DNA of 63,939 bases, from contig JAJFUW010000061.1 in the NCBI GenBank assembly GCA_021372235.1, forward strand, positions 1 to 63,939, read 5' to 3'. This stretch comes from Spirochaetia bacterium. Lineage in GTDB: Bacteria; Oederibacteriota; PGYV01; Palsa-1178. Below are positions 18,074 to 27,731 of this stretch, one piece after another; within the stretch, counting starts at the first letter, position 1, and each line of letters starts with the position of its first letter. Position numbers and translations under genes: made by a program. Under the pieces are notes generated by a model. It was not told the DNA's origin. It was given only the letters and a program-made list of their open reading frames with translations, and ran no database searches.

Positions 18074-19876
18074 GTGGATAATTCATACATGCAAAAAATC
18101 AGGAACTTTTCCATAATTGCGCACATTGACCACGGCAAATCCACGCTGGCCGACCGCCTGCTCGAGCACACCGGGACCATAGACAAACGCAAGATGAAAG
18201 AGCAGGTGCTGGACTCCATGGACCTGGAACGCGAGCGCGGGATTACCATCAAGGCAAAAGCCGTCGCCATCAAATACAAATACAACGGTGAGGAATACTC
18301 ACTCAACCTCATAGACACCCCCGGCCACGTGGACTTCACATACGAAGTCTCGCGCTCGCTCATCGCCTCTGAGGGTGCGCTTTTGGTCATCGACGCGTCG
18401 CAGGGCATAGAGGCGCAGACCATGGCCAACGCACACATAGCGATGAACAGCAACCTGCTGCTCATACCTGTTATAAACAAGATAGACCTGCCAAACGCGG
18501 ACCCCGAGAACGCCATACGCGAGATGGAGGAGCTGCTCGCCCTGCCCGGTGAGGACGCGATAAGGGCAAGTGCCAAGGAAGGCATCGGCACAGAGGAAAT
18601 CCTGCGCGCCATAGTGGAACGCATTCCGGCCCCAAATGGCGACGTCAACAAACCGTTAAAAGCCCTCGTCATGGACGCCCAGTTCGACTTTTACAAGGGC
18701 GTCATAACATTTGTCCGCATAGTGGACGGCTACATAAAACCCGGCATGAAGATACTCATGATGGCGTCCAACACTAAATGGGACGTTGATAATATCGGGA
18801 TATTCAAGCCCGGCATGGTGGAGACCGACATACTGCGCGCGGGCGAGGTCGGCTACATAGTGGCGGGCATCAAATCGCTCTCTGACATCAAGATAGGCGA
18901 TACCGTGACCGACAACACCAACCCGTGTGACCGGGCACTTCCCGGTTACAAAGAAGTGAAACCCATGGTCTTCTGCGGCCTGTTTCCCGTTGTATCGGAG
19001 CAGTATACGGAGTTAAAAGACGCGCTCATGAAACTCAAACTCAACGACTCTTCCCTGTTCTTTGAGCCCGAATCGTCAGAGGCGCTCGGGTTCGGCTACC
19101 GCTGCGGATTTCTGGGGCTGCTGCACATGGAGATCATACAGGAGAGGCTGGAACGCGAGTACAACCTGAACCTCATCGCCACCGCGCCCAACGTCGAGTA
19201 CAAAGTTGTGAGTACAAAGGGCGAAACAACGATATGTGATGCGCCCGCCTCGTTCCCTGATTTTTCATACATCGACCACATCGAGGAGCCCTACGTTAAA
19301 CTGAACCTCATCACGCCTTCGGAATTTCTGGGTGCGCTCATGCAGTTGTGCCAGTCGCGCAGGGGTGTCTACGTCACCACGGAATACATAATGGGCAACA
19401 GGGCCCTGCTGACCTATGAGATGCCGCTCGCCGAGATAATCTGGGATTTCTACGACAAACTCAAATCCATCTCTCGCGGCTACGCGTCCATGGATTACGA
19501 ACTCATGGACTACCGCACCTCCGACCTGAAAAAAGTGGACATATTGGTCAACCACGAAAAAGTTGACTCGCTATCTTTCATCACGCACGAACAGTTCGCG
19601 TACAACCGGGCCAAACTGCTCGTAGAGAAACTCAAAGAGGTCATCCCCCGCCAGATGTTTGTGGTCCCGATACAAGGTGCCATAGGCGCGTCCATCATAT
19701 CCAGGGAGACAATCCCCGCCATGAGAAAGAACGTCCTTGCGAAATGCTACGGAGGAGACATCACCCGTAAACGCAAACTGCTGGAAAAGCAGAAAGAGGG
19801 CAAAAAAAGGATGAAGGCGATAGGCTCCGTGGAAATCCCGCAGGAGGCGTTTTTGGCCATCCTGAAAGTGGACTAA
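18074..19876 (+). CDS. lepA: Elongation factor 4
   Basis: [35 protein letters not shown], and the conserved LepA C-terminal domain. Confidence 0.95.
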   Translation: MDNSYMQKIRNFSIIAHIDHGKSTLADRLLEHTGTIDKRKMKEQVLDSMDLERERGITIKAKAVAIKYKYNGEEYSLNLIDTPGHVDFTYEVSRSLIASEGALLVIDASQGIEAQTMANAHIAMNSNLLLIPVINKIDLPNADPENAIREMEELLALPGEDAIRASAKEGIGTEEILRAIVERIPAPNGDVNKPLKALVMDAQFDFYKGVITFVRIVDGYIKPGMKILMMASNTKWDVDNIGIFKPGMVETDILRAGEVGYIVAGIKSLSDIKIGDTVTDNTNPCDRALPGYKEVKPMVFCGLFPVVSEQYTELKDALMKLKLNDSSLFFEPESSEALGFGYRCGFLGLLHMEIIQERLEREYNLNLIATAPNVEYKVVSTKGETTICDAPASFPDFSYIDHIEEPYVKLNLITPSEFLGALMQLCQSRRGVYVTTEYIMGNRALLTYEMPLAEIIWDFYDKLKSISRGYASMDYELMDYRTSDLKKVDILVNHEKVDSLSFITHEQFAYNRAKLLVEKLKEVIPRQMFVVPIQGAIGASIISRETIPAMRKNVLAKCYGGDITRKRKLLEKQKEGKKRMKAIGSVEIPQEAFLAILKVD

Positions 19877-19900
19877 AGGCAATCACAGATTCCAAATAAA
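19877..19900. repeat. Family D word (GGCAATCACAGATTCCAAATAAAA), copy 1, directly after the lepA stop
   Basis: Matches 49665..49690 and 58968..58990. Confidence 0.6.
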
Positions 19901-19902
19901 AA

Positions 19903-19933
19903 AACCGCGGCTGTAACGGCCGCGGTTTTTTTG
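19903..19933 (+). terminator. Intrinsic terminator of lepA
   Basis: AACCGCGGC-tgtaacg-GCCGCGGTT followed by TTTTTT. Confidence 0.8.
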
Positions 19934-20042
19934 TTTTAGTTGTATTTGCATGAAACCGCCCTTGTAGCCGCAACCTTTAAGGTTGCGCGGGGTCGTGTTT
20001 CCTGCGGCTGCATAAAACAAAAACAAGTCCAAAAACCCTTTG

Positions 20043-20075
20043 AACAGCACGGGAGTGCTGTCACTGCTGTTACGG
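20043..20075 (-). repeat. Family E hairpin (CAGCAC-GGGA-GTGCTG core), copy 1
   Basis: The core is shared with 46285, 49747 and 57096. Confidence 0.6.
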
Positions 20076-20129
20076 TACTATATTTAATATTGTTCCGGTT
20101 TTATTGTTCATTGTTAATTATTGATTGCC

Positions 20130-20603
20130 TTAAAAGTTGAACTCAAACCCCCTCTCCATCGCGGTTTTCAGGAGCCAGTCCATGTCCCTGTATGCCTCTT
20201 CAACTTCACTTATATCCTCTGCCATTATGGTCGTCTGTTTTTCATAAGGGGTTATCATTTTTTTTGCCAAAAATACCCCGTGCGCCCTTGCCCAGGCCGC
20301 CTTTGCCATTGGGCCCGGCCTGAACTTTTTTTCGAAATCCCCGGCGAACCTGTTCAGTTGTGTAATCACAACCACCGCCCCCGCGCCGTCAGCATGCCCG
20401 GGACTCTCCGCAGAAAACGTCTCCAGAGCCATTACGTTCATCCTGTCCTCCGCGTAGACAGTTTTTACCTGTTCCTGTCTGTCAATCCTGTCCACAGCCC
20501 TGCGTTTGCAGTCCAAAACGAGCATCCATGTCAGCAGGACTGCGGTTATCAAAATTATCAGGCATGGTATGTTCCTGTTATCCGGTTCTTCCGGGTCGGA
20601 CAT
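20130..20603 (-). CDS. Hypothetical single-pass membrane protein
   Basis: Start at MSDPEEP, TM helix IPCLIILITAVLLTWMLVL. The ATG overlaps the stop of the upstream small ORF (TAATG). Confidence 0.5.
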   Translation of the reverse strand: MSDPEEPDNRNIPCLIILITAVLLTWMLVLDCKRRAVDRIDRQEQVKTVYAEDRMNVMALETFSAESPGHADGAGAVVVITQLNRFAGDFEKKFRPGPMAKAAWARAHGVFLAKKMITPYEKQTTIMAEDISEVEEAYRDMDWLLKTAMERGFEFNF

Positions 20604-20797
20604 TATTTTGTCCCTGTTTTTGCCGGTGCAGGAGTGATTGTGGGGGATGCTTTGGACGCGCCGGCTTTTACCATGGGTTCCGGATAGACGTAAACAGATG
20701 GTTGTGTCATCGGAATCCTTATCAGGCGTTGTGAGCATGAAGCGCATATCAAGGCTGATACAATAAGCAGTACTGCGGCAACTGTTTGTTTTTTCAA
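20603..20797 (-). CDS. Small putative lipoprotein (64 aa)
   Basis: Signal peptide with lipobox-like LICASC. Translationally coupled to the next ORF. Confidence 0.45.
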   Translation of the reverse strand: MKKQTVAAVLLIVSALICASCSQRLIRIPMTQPSVYVYPEPMVKAGASKASPTITPAPAKTGTK

Positions 20798-21030
20798 TTG
20801 AACTCCTGTCGGGTACTGCAGCCCGCGAGGCCCAAAACCGGTGCTGCCCGGTATGGAAATTCGGATTTTTACCCTTTAAAAAATAAAGTGCGCAGGGATA
20901 TAGAGGGGTTTTTACGAGCTACAAGGTAGGCTCAACCCTGCGCATTTAAAGTTATATCAAATATTAATGAATTGTCAAGCCGTTTATTTAACAAACCGGA
21001 TGACAAACGGGATGGGGGTGCCGTTCCCTT

Positions 21031-21139
21031 TTAATTTAAAAGTGAAAAGTCAAAATTAACGGCAATTGGCTGTACAGGCAGTTGCTTTTAGTTTTTAATT
21101 TTAAATTGTACTTTTTGATTTTGACTGTTAAATTTTAAC
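21031..21139. repeat. Family B ~110-bp AT-rich palindromic element, copy 1
   Basis: Arms are AAAAGTCAAAAxxAAAAAGTACAATTTAAAATT and its complement, around the core TTAACGGCAATTGGCTGTACAGGCAGTTGC. The right arm provides the last codons and stop of coaX. Confidence 0.75.
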
Positions 21140-21925
21140 TCTACCCGTTTTTGTATTGATATCGTATATGAGTTTGAACCCCTTTAACGTCAGGTCTTTA
21201 TCCACCGTGACGTCCTTTTCCTTCAGCAGTTTCACGGGTATCAGGTCCGCGTCGCCGCCCGTTAAAACCACCTTTATCTTTTTTATTCCGCGCTCTTTTT
21301 TAATGCCTTCGATCAGGTGATTTATCGAGCCTATGAGCCCGTTCAACAGGCCGCTCTGTATCGAGGTTTCCGTAGTGTCGCCTATCACGTTTTTGGGGAA
21401 CTTTAAGTCCACCTGAGGCAGTTTGGCTGTCCTGGAAAATAGGCTCTGCAGCATGAGGTTGAGCCCCGGCATTATAACCCCGCCGATATACCCGCCTGTG
21501 GAGGTGACCACGTCAAACGTGGTGCCTGTCCCGAAATCTATGACCACCAGCTCTTTTTTGCCGTACTGCGCGCGGGCCGCGGCCGCGTTTGCCAACCTGT
21601 CGTCGCCGACCTCTTTTTTGTTTTTGTACAGGTTCCTGATACCGATTTTTGATTTTCCATTTATGGTGACGGGTTCCACCCTGAAATATTTGCGTGCCAT
21701 GTGGGTGATGATTCTTGTGATGCCGGGTACCACGCTGCCGATAAAAGCCCCGTCAATATCCGCGGTATCTATGCCCTCTTTTGTCAGCAGGGCGTATAGT
21801 ACGGCAAAGTACTGGTCCTCGGTGTAATTTATGTTTGTGCGGATGCGGGCCTTGAATACCAGGGTGTTGCCCTGGAAAGTCCCGATCGAAATGTTGGTGT
21901 TGCCGATGTTAAAAACCAATACCAT
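21128..21925 (-). CDS. coaX: Type III pantothenate kinase
   Basis: MVLVFNIGNTNISIG..., DFGTGTTFD; CoaX/Bvg-accessory-factor family. Confidence 0.92.
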   Translation of the reverse strand: MVLVFNIGNTNISIGTFQGNTLVFKARIRTNINYTEDQYFAVLYALLTKEGIDTADIDGAFIGSVVPGITRIITHMARKYFRVEPVTINGKSKIGIRNLYKNKKEVGDDRLANAAAARAQYGKKELVVIDFGTGTTFDVVTSTGGYIGGVIMPGLNLMLQSLFSRTAKLPQVDLKFPKNVIGDTTETSIQSGLLNGLIGSINHLIEGIKKERGIKKIKVVLTGGDADLIPVKLLKEKDVTVDKDLTLKGFKLIYDINTKTGRVKI

Positions 21926-21936
21926 ACTTCACCCCT

Positions 21937-22014
21937 AAATTAATAATGAATAATTAATAATAGCCGCTTCGTCTTAGTTCTTTATTATTCATTATTAATT
22001 TTTAATTATTAATT
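21937..22014. repeat. Family C AT-rich palindrome (AATTAATAATGAATAAT arms), copy 1
   Basis: The inverted arms flank GCCGCTTCG. Related to 26348..26400. Confidence 0.55.
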
Positions 22015-22048
22015 GAAGTCTGACTGCGCTACCGGAGCCGCGGAAAAA

Positions 22049-22330
22049 CTATCCGTATTTAAACGTTACCCCGTACCCGCCCTGCGGATATTCCCATTCC
22101 ACTTCGTCCGGTGCCGCCACCCTGCACGTGCCGCACTCCAGACAGTTTTCGAACGATACTATCGGCTCCCCCCTGTCGTTCAGTTCATACACCCTGGCCG
22201 GGCATATAAAGAGCTTGCGTTCAACAACCTTCGGGTCCGCGCCATCTTTGATCTTCAGGTGGGTCTTTTCAAAAGCCTTGAACTTGTCCAGGCCCAGTTT
22301 GTCTTCCATGGTAGTAAAATATTTGCTCAT
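22049..22330 (-). CDS. fixX: Ferredoxin-like protein FixX
   Basis: CPARVYE...CLECGTCRV...WEYPQGGYGV. Confidence 0.85.
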   Translation of the reverse strand: MSKYFTTMEDKLGLDKFKAFEKTHLKIKDGADPKVVERKLFICPARVYELNDRGEPIVSFENCLECGTCRVAAPDEVEWEYPQGGYGVTFKYG

Positions 22331-23634
22331 ACGATCACCTTCCTCATGTCCAGCGCGGTCTTTAGCAGCGCGAACGGGTTGTCTGCCGTTAACACCTTTT
22401 TAACGAGCCTTACCTCTTTCGGCCATTTTGCCTCGCCGTCCACGGCGAAAAGCTCGGAGACCACGTCCTCCATCAGAACGGCATACTTGCCAAAAAGTTT
22501 TGAGTTATGTTCAAGTGCTTTGCCCGAGCCGCGGAACTGTTTCATGTCACGCATGGCAAACGAGTTATCGAGCCTGGTTTTGTACTGTGAGAGCGCCTCG
22601 GCCGAGTAGTTTTTGCCCTTGTTGAAAGACTCAACCACTGTCTGACCGGCCAGTTTGCCTGACTCCATGGCAAGGTTTGTGCCCTCGTGGAAAAGCGTCG
22701 CGTTCACAAACCCCGCCGCGTCACCGACAACCAGAACGTTGTCACCATAAAGTTTTGAGAGCTTGTCATACCCGCCGTCGGGTATGAGGTGTGCCGAGTA
22801 CTCTTTTTGCTCGCCGTCGCGCACGAGCGGAGCCACCACGGGGTGCGCCTTAAAAGCCTCCAGCACGTCGTTCGGGTTGAGTTTGTGTTCCAGCATGGAT
22901 TTAATGGTTGCGCCGATGCCGACCGATATGGTGTCCTTGTTGGTATATATAAAACCCGAACCTATCGCGCCTCCGGTCGCCATGCCGAAATACTCGTATG
23001 CCACACCTTCGTTCCCGGTCAGGCCGAACCTGTCGCGGATACGTTCCTCGGGCAGGGCTATTGTTTCCTTTACCCCGACTATGGTGGACTCGGCCGAAAG
23101 TTCATTGTGAAAACCCAGTTTTTTGGCTAAAAGTGAGTTCACGCCGTCCGCCAGCACTACCACGTCGCCATACAGGTCCCCGTCCTCCATGCGCGCCTTG
23201 ACGCCGCATATTTTTCCGTCTTTCAAAAGGAAATCATCTACCACGGTGCCTGTTATAATCATGGCGCCGGCTTCCTCGACCTTTTCCGAAAACCACCTGT
23301 CAAACTTCGCGCGCAGCACCGTAAAGGAATTGTTGAAAGGTTCCTTGTTGAACCTGTCGAACTTGAACCCTCCGCCGACCTCACCTGTCGGTGTCAGGAA
23401 TGAAAAACGCCTCTTTGATACGTTGCGTTCAACCGGCGCGTCTTTTAAAAAGTCAGGTATGAGTTCTTTCATGACGTTGGTGAAAAAAATACCGCCAAAA
23501 ACGTTTTTTGAGCCGCAATAATCGCCGCGCTCGACCACTATTACCTGCATTCCTGCCTTTGCCATCACATAGGCTGCGGACAATCCCGCCGGGCCGCCGC
23601 CGACCACTATGGCGTCAAATTTTTCGTCTGCCAT
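22327..23634 (-). CDS. fixC: FAD-dependent electron-transfer-flavoprotein:quinone oxidoreductase FixC
   Basis: FDAIVVGGGPAGLSAAYVMAKAG dinucleotide fold. 4-nt overlap with fixX. SD overlaps the dnaJ stop. Confidence 0.88.
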   Translation of the reverse strand: MADEKFDAIVVGGGPAGLSAAYVMAKAGMQVIVVERGDYCGSKNVFGGIFFTNVMKELIPDFLKDAPVERNVSKRRFSFLTPTGEVGGGFKFDRFNKEPFNNSFTVLRAKFDRWFSEKVEEAGAMIITGTVVDDFLLKDGKICGVKARMEDGDLYGDVVVLADGVNSLLAKKLGFHNELSAESTIVGVKETIALPEERIRDRFGLTGNEGVAYEYFGMATGGAIGSGFIYTNKDTISVGIGATIKSMLEHKLNPNDVLEAFKAHPVVAPLVRDGEQKEYSAHLIPDGGYDKLSKLYGDNVLVVGDAAGFVNATLFHEGTNLAMESGKLAGQTVVESFNKGKNYSAEALSQYKTRLDNSFAMRDMKQFRGSGKALEHNSKLFGKYAVLMEDVVSELFAVDGEAKWPKEVRLVKKVLTADNPFALLKTALDMRKVIV

Positions 23635-23642
23635 CTTTCACC

Positions 23643-24785
23643 TCATTTTTTGTATTTCTTGAAGAGTTTTTCCGCCCTTTTTACCGCCCCGTAGTTTTCG
23701 TCGGACTCCAACACTTTAACATTTTTAAAAGCCTCTTTCAACTTTGAATTCATACCCCTTGGTATCTCCACCTCGAGCGTGACCATCATGCTGCCCTTTG
23801 AATCGTGGTTCAAAACCGGGAAACCTTTGCCCCTGATTTCCAGCACGTCGCCCGACTGTGAGCCCTCCGGTATCCTCAGTTTGTGATTTCCGTACAGTGT
23901 GGGTATCTCGAGTTCGTCGCCCAGAACCGCCTGGGTGACAGTTATCGGAAGCGTCAGCAGCACATTGTCATGGTCGCGGCTGTAAATCTCATGGTCTTTT
24001 ATGTTTATAACCACGTAAAGGTCGCCGTTGTGTCCGCCGTTCTGTCCCGTGCTGCCTTCCCCGGAAAGTTTCAGGTATGAACCGGCCTCAACGCCCGCAG
24101 GTATCTTTACGTCTATCTGCCGTCTCCTGTTTTTTACGCCTGTCCCGCCGCACTCCGGGCAGTTGGCCTCTGTTATCTGGCCCGCGCCGCGGCATCTGGG
24201 GCATGTGGTGACAACTGAAAAGAAACCGCTGGACTGCCGCACCTTGCCGGTGCCGCCGCATGCCGTGCAGGTTTTCTTTGAGGTTCCGGGTTTTAAACCG
24301 TCGCCTTTGCATGTATTGCAGGTCTCCTTGCGGGTGACCTCTATCGTTTCCTTTTTGCCAAAGGTTACCTCTTCATAAGTCAATGTCGTATCATAACGTA
24401 TATCCTCGCCCGAGCGCCGTCTGCCGCCCGCGCCACCGCGCGTCCCCCTGCCGGTGTCAAACCCGAACATATCCCCGAACATTCCTCCGAACATATCCCC
24501 CAATATGTCCTCCATGTCCATCGGCCGGTACCCGGCGCCGCCGAAACCGCCCTGGCCTTTCATGCCGTCATATCCGACGCTGTCATATTTCTGCCGCTGC
24601 TCCGGGTCGCCGAGAATGCTGTATGCTTCGGCTATTTCCTTGAATTTTTCCTCAGCGCCTTTTTTATCCTCGCCCTGGTGGACATCCGGGTGGTATTTTT
24701 TTGCCATATTGCGGAAAGCTGATTTTATCTCGTCCTGTGAGGCGGTCTTTGACACGCCAAGTAAATCATACAGATCTTTGCTCAT
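23643..24785 (-). CDS. dnaJ: Chaperone DnaJ
   Basis: J domain with HPD, G/F region, four CxxCxGxG zinc motifs. Confidence 0.95.
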   Translation of the reverse strand: MSKDLYDLLGVSKTASQDEIKSAFRNMAKKYHPDVHQGEDKKGAEEKFKEIAEAYSILGDPEQRQKYDSVGYDGMKGQGGFGGAGYRPMDMEDILGDMFGGMFGDMFGFDTGRGTRGGAGGRRRSGEDIRYDTTLTYEEVTFGKKETIEVTRKETCNTCKGDGLKPGTSKKTCTACGGTGKVRQSSGFFSVVTTCPRCRGAGQITEANCPECGGTGVKNRRRQIDVKIPAGVEAGSYLKLSGEGSTGQNGGHNGDLYVVINIKDHEIYSRDHDNVLLTLPITVTQAVLGDELEIPTLYGNHKLRIPEGSQSGDVLEIRGKGFPVLNHDSKGSMMVTLEVEIPRGMNSKLKEAFKNVKVLESDENYGAVKRAEKLFKKYKK

Positions 24786-24805
24786 AATGCTCCTTAAATG
24801 CCGGG

Positions 24806-24941
24806 TTAATGTAAAATTTAAAAGTCAAAACCAAAAAATACAGGTTAAAACTTAAATTTAACGGCAATTGGATGTACAAACAACTGCCTTTAATTTTGAA
24901 TTTTAAATTGTACTTTTTGGTTTTAACTTTTAAATTTTAAC
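24806..24941. repeat. Family B AT-rich palindromic element, copy 2 (fills the grpE-dnaJ spacer)
   Basis: Starts GTTAAAATTTAA immediately after the grpE TAG. Core TTAACGGCAATTGGATGTACAAACAACTGCC. Confidence 0.75.
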
Positions 24942-25577
24942 CTATTCGCCCTGCTTTTTTTCATCCGTTTTCTTCGCCTCCGCGTCAAACACCGCCACCT
25001 TGACCATCGCCGCCCTTATCACCCTGTCGTCTATCATGTAGCCTTTCTGATAGACCTCGAGTATCTCCCCGTCTTTCTTATCCGCCCTGTGTTCCTTATG
25101 GACGGCGTGATGCATATCGGGGTCAAATTGTTTGTTCACGGGGACCTCTTTTACGTGCATCTCTTTCAGCGCGTGCTCAAACTGTTTTAATACCATGTCT
25201 ATGCCCTTTTTCAGGTCATCGTAATCCTTTGTCTTTTCCGTCGCCGTCAAGGCACGCTCAAAATTATCGACTACCGGCAGGAAAACCGACACGGTCTCAC
25301 TGCGGGCGTATTTGACGAAATCTTCCTTGTCGCGCGAGACGCGTTTGCGGAAATTATCCATCTCCGCCAGCGCGCGCAGGTATTTGTCGTTCAATTCCGC
25401 AATTTTCCGGTCCTTTTCCTTAATTATATCCTCAAGCGTCGGCGCCTTTGGTTCTTCTTTTTTGGGCTCCGTTTTGGCCGCCCGCGGCGCGGGTTGCGGT
25501 GCCGCCTGAGACTCTTTTTGCTGTGCCTCCTGTGGTTCTGTTTGTGGCGGTCCTTCCTTTTTCACTTCGTCTGCCAT
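24942..25577 (-). CDS. grpE: Nucleotide exchange factor GrpE
   Basis: KYLRALAEMDNFRKR..., VLPVVDNFERA, GYMIDDRVIRAAMVKV. Confidence 0.93.
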   Translation of the reverse strand: MADEVKKEGPPQTEPQEAQQKESQAAPQPAPRAAKTEPKKEEPKAPTLEDIIKEKDRKIAELNDKYLRALAEMDNFRKRVSRDKEDFVKYARSETVSVFLPVVDNFERALTATEKTKDYDDLKKGIDMVLKQFEHALKEMHVKEVPVNKQFDPDMHHAVHKEHRADKKDGEILEVYQKGYMIDDRVIRAAMVKVAVFDAEAKKTDEKKQGE

Positions 25578-26037
25578 ATCAATGACCTCCGTATAATGTA
25601 ATTCAACGGCAATATTATGCCAATTGTGAATTATAGGGTTTTTAAAAGGTTATGTCAATGCAAAATGGAAAATGCCCTCTTTTTCGTATTGCGGCATGCC
25701 TGCAGTCCCCGGTATGTTCATTATACGCCCGCTCTTTACCGTATCCGTAATGTTTGCCGTATATCCAGCTAACTTTTTCTTGCTTGTTTTCGCTCCGAAC
25801 CTCGCGTCCGTATAGACAGACAAAACTATCTGGTTCTTCGGCCTTTCCTTTAAGCAACCCTTGCTTTTTCATCCTCTTGTTCGACAACATTCTCTTACAA
25901 TGCATCTTTTTGCATGTCTACCGCGGGTGTGAATGTCTCTCCAAGGTCAGGACCTGAGACAATATAAAGCACTGTCTTTTCAAAACCAACCTTCTTGCCT
26001 TTATATTCAACCGGCCCGGGAACTTTAATTCAAATAC

Positions 26038-26071
26038 CCTGCTGACAGCGCAGCAGTGCCGCTGTCCCTGC
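26038..26071 (-). repeat. Family E-like hairpin (variant), downstream of the SUI1-family gene
   Basis: GACAGCG-cagcagtgc-CGCTGTC flanked by CCCTGC/GCAGGG. Confidence 0.4.
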
Positions 26072-26085
26072 AAATATTAAAACAA

Positions 26086-26109
26086 CCTGTTTTGAAACCC
26101 GGGCCTGTC
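26086..26109 (-). repeat. Family A stop-abutting GGNCC-type repeat
   Basis: Minus strand reads TAA-GACAGGCCCGGGTTTCAAAACAGG. Confidence 0.5.
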
Positions 26110-26328
26110 TTAACAACCGTCTCTAAGGAAACCCTTCGCCTTTCCCACAACATCACCTTGCAGTTCAATCCTCCCGTCCTTGACCGTCCCGCCGCATCCG
26201 AATTTGCCCTTCATTTCCTTTGCCATGGCCTCGAGCCTCGCGGTGCCGCAGGTATGCAGGCCGCTTATGACTGTGACCTGTTTTGAGGCGCGTTTTTCCA
26301 AAAATACCTTTAGTGCGGGTGGTGCCAT
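26110..26328 (-). CDS. SUI1/eIF1-family translation initiation factor-like protein (short form)
   Basis: ...VTVISGL...LAKEMKGKFGCGGTVKDGRIELQGD, the SUI1 signature. Confidence 0.8.
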   Translation of the reverse strand: MAPPALKVFLEKRASKQVTVISGLHTCGTARLEAMAKEMKGKFGCGGTVKDGRIELQGDVVGKAKGFLRDGC

Positions 26329-26347
26329 TAACTCGTTCTCCTTCTTT

Positions 26348-26400
26348 TTAATTAATAATTAATGCATACGCATTCCGCTTTTCATTATTCATTATTATTT
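26348..26400. repeat. Family C AT-rich palindrome, copy 2
   Basis: The minus strand reads TAA-TAATGAATAATGAAAAGCGG immediately after the aminotransferase stop. Confidence 0.5.
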
Positions 26401-27570
26401 TTGAAGCCTTTTGGCGGCCTTTTGATGGAGCGACGCCAGCCTGGTGAGCGCCTCGTTCAGCGTTTCTTCCTTTTTCGCGAAGTGCAGACGCACCAGGTGG
26501 TTCACCTTTTCACGGAAAAAACTCGAACCCGGAACCGCGGCTACGCCGACCTCACGGGCCATCCATTCGCAAAACTCAACGTCGTCTTTTACCCCGTATT
26601 CCGAAACGTCCATCATGACATAGTACGCGCCCTGCGGATTTGTGTGCTTTATTCCCAGGGAGTCAAGGCCATGCAGGAACAGTTCCTTTTTTTTGGTGTA
26701 AATCTCCCTCAAGCCTTCATAATAGCTGTCCGGAAAATTTAAGCCCGTGACCGCGGCTTCCTGCAGCGGGGCCGCTGCGCCCACGGTCAAAAAATCGTGC
26801 ACTTTACGGGCGTTGTCGGTTATCTCCGGCGGTGCTATGATGTATCCCAGCCTCCAGCCGGTTATGGAATAGGTCTTGGAGAGTGAACTGCACGATATGG
26901 TCCGCTGTGCCATCCCCGGCAGAGAGGCGAAATATGTATGTTCATAAGGTTTATAAACAATATGCTCGTATACCTCGTCAGTTATTACAAAAGCATCGTA
27001 TTTTTCCGCGAGCGCGGCTATTATCAGCAGTTCCTCCCGCGAAAACACCTTACCGCACGGGTTGGACGGATTGCACAGTATTATAGCCTTTGGTCTTTTC
27101 CTGAACGCCTTTTCCAGCTCTTTTTTGTCAAAATTAAACTCCGGCGGCCTCAGCGGGATGTATATGGGTTGTGCCCCCGATATCACGGCGTCAGCGGTGT
27201 AGTTTTCGTAGAACGGCGAAAATATGATGACTTTATCCCCTGGATTGCACACGGTCATCATCGCGGCCATCATGGCCTCGGTCGAGCCGCAGGTGACGAC
27301 AATGTTTTTATCCGGGTCTATTTCCATGCCCGTGAATTTTGACTGCTTTTTAGCCAGCGCCTGCCTGAAATTCGCGGCGCCCCACGTGACCGCATACTGG
27401 TGTATGTGTCCGGCCGCGGCGCGCGCCAGCGCATCTTTAAGTTCCTGCGGGGGGTCAAAATCCGGAAACCCCTGCGACAGGTTGATTGCCCCGCACCTGT
27501 TACAAATGCGGGTCATCCTGCGGATTATGGAATCTGTAAAAAAAGAGAGTTTCCTGCTCAGTTTTGGCAT
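26395..27570 (-). CDS. PLP-dependent aminotransferase, class I/II
   Basis: 391 aa; SLSKTYSITGWRLGY (PLP-lysine motif). Confidence 0.9.
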   Translation of the reverse strand: MPKLSRKLSFFTDSIIRRMTRICNRCGAINLSQGFPDFDPPQELKDALARAAAGHIHQYAVTWGAANFRQALAKKQSKFTGMEIDPDKNIVVTCGSTEAMMAAMMTVCNPGDKVIIFSPFYENYTADAVISGAQPIYIPLRPPEFNFDKKELEKAFRKRPKAIILCNPSNPCGKVFSREELLIIAALAEKYDAFVITDEVYEHIVYKPYEHTYFASLPGMAQRTISCSSLSKTYSITGWRLGYIIAPPEITDNARKVHDFLTVGAAAPLQEAAVTGLNFPDSYYEGLREIYTKKKELFLHGLDSLGIKHTNPQGAYYVMMDVSEYGVKDDVEFCEWMAREVGVAAVPGSSFFREKVNHLVRLHFAKKEETLNEALTRLASLHQKAAKRLQK

Positions 27571-27731
27571 ATTAATCTTTTCCTGTTTTTAATTGTGTGA
27601 TGAAGTATATCACCAAAATGACAGACGGTAAATAGCGCCGTTGCATTTTTCTTTTTGGGCGGTGCGGGCGCGATGTCGTCCTTTTCCCTTTGCCTCTCTC
27701 TTGGTATAAAAATAGCAGGTCCGGTGCGGGA

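Noticed and set aside
18001-18672. Long antisense or shadow ORFs inside well-supported genes (18001..18672 in lepA, 43621..44358 in metK, 46453..47106 and 47096..47686 in nrdD, 30605..31255 in the M20 gene, 56248..56904, 58734..59555)
   Set aside because: They lie opposite or out of frame to strongly conserved genes, have no domains or SDs, and their composition is typical of shadow frames.
25578-25640. CIRCE/HrcA operator upstream of grpE, and the family E hairpin as a CIRCE variant
   Set aside because: There is no TTAGCACTC-N9-GAGTGCTAA upstream of grpE. The E hairpin shares only AGCAC/GTGCT, has a 4-nt loop, and lies at gene 3' ends, not at promoters.
25578-26037. Track ORF 25642..25905 (87 aa) and neighbouring frames as a gene or toxin-antitoxin pair
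   Set aside because: The translations are basic and low-complexity, split over frames, with no SD and no recognisable domain. The region is probably decayed sequence, and I cannot support a call.
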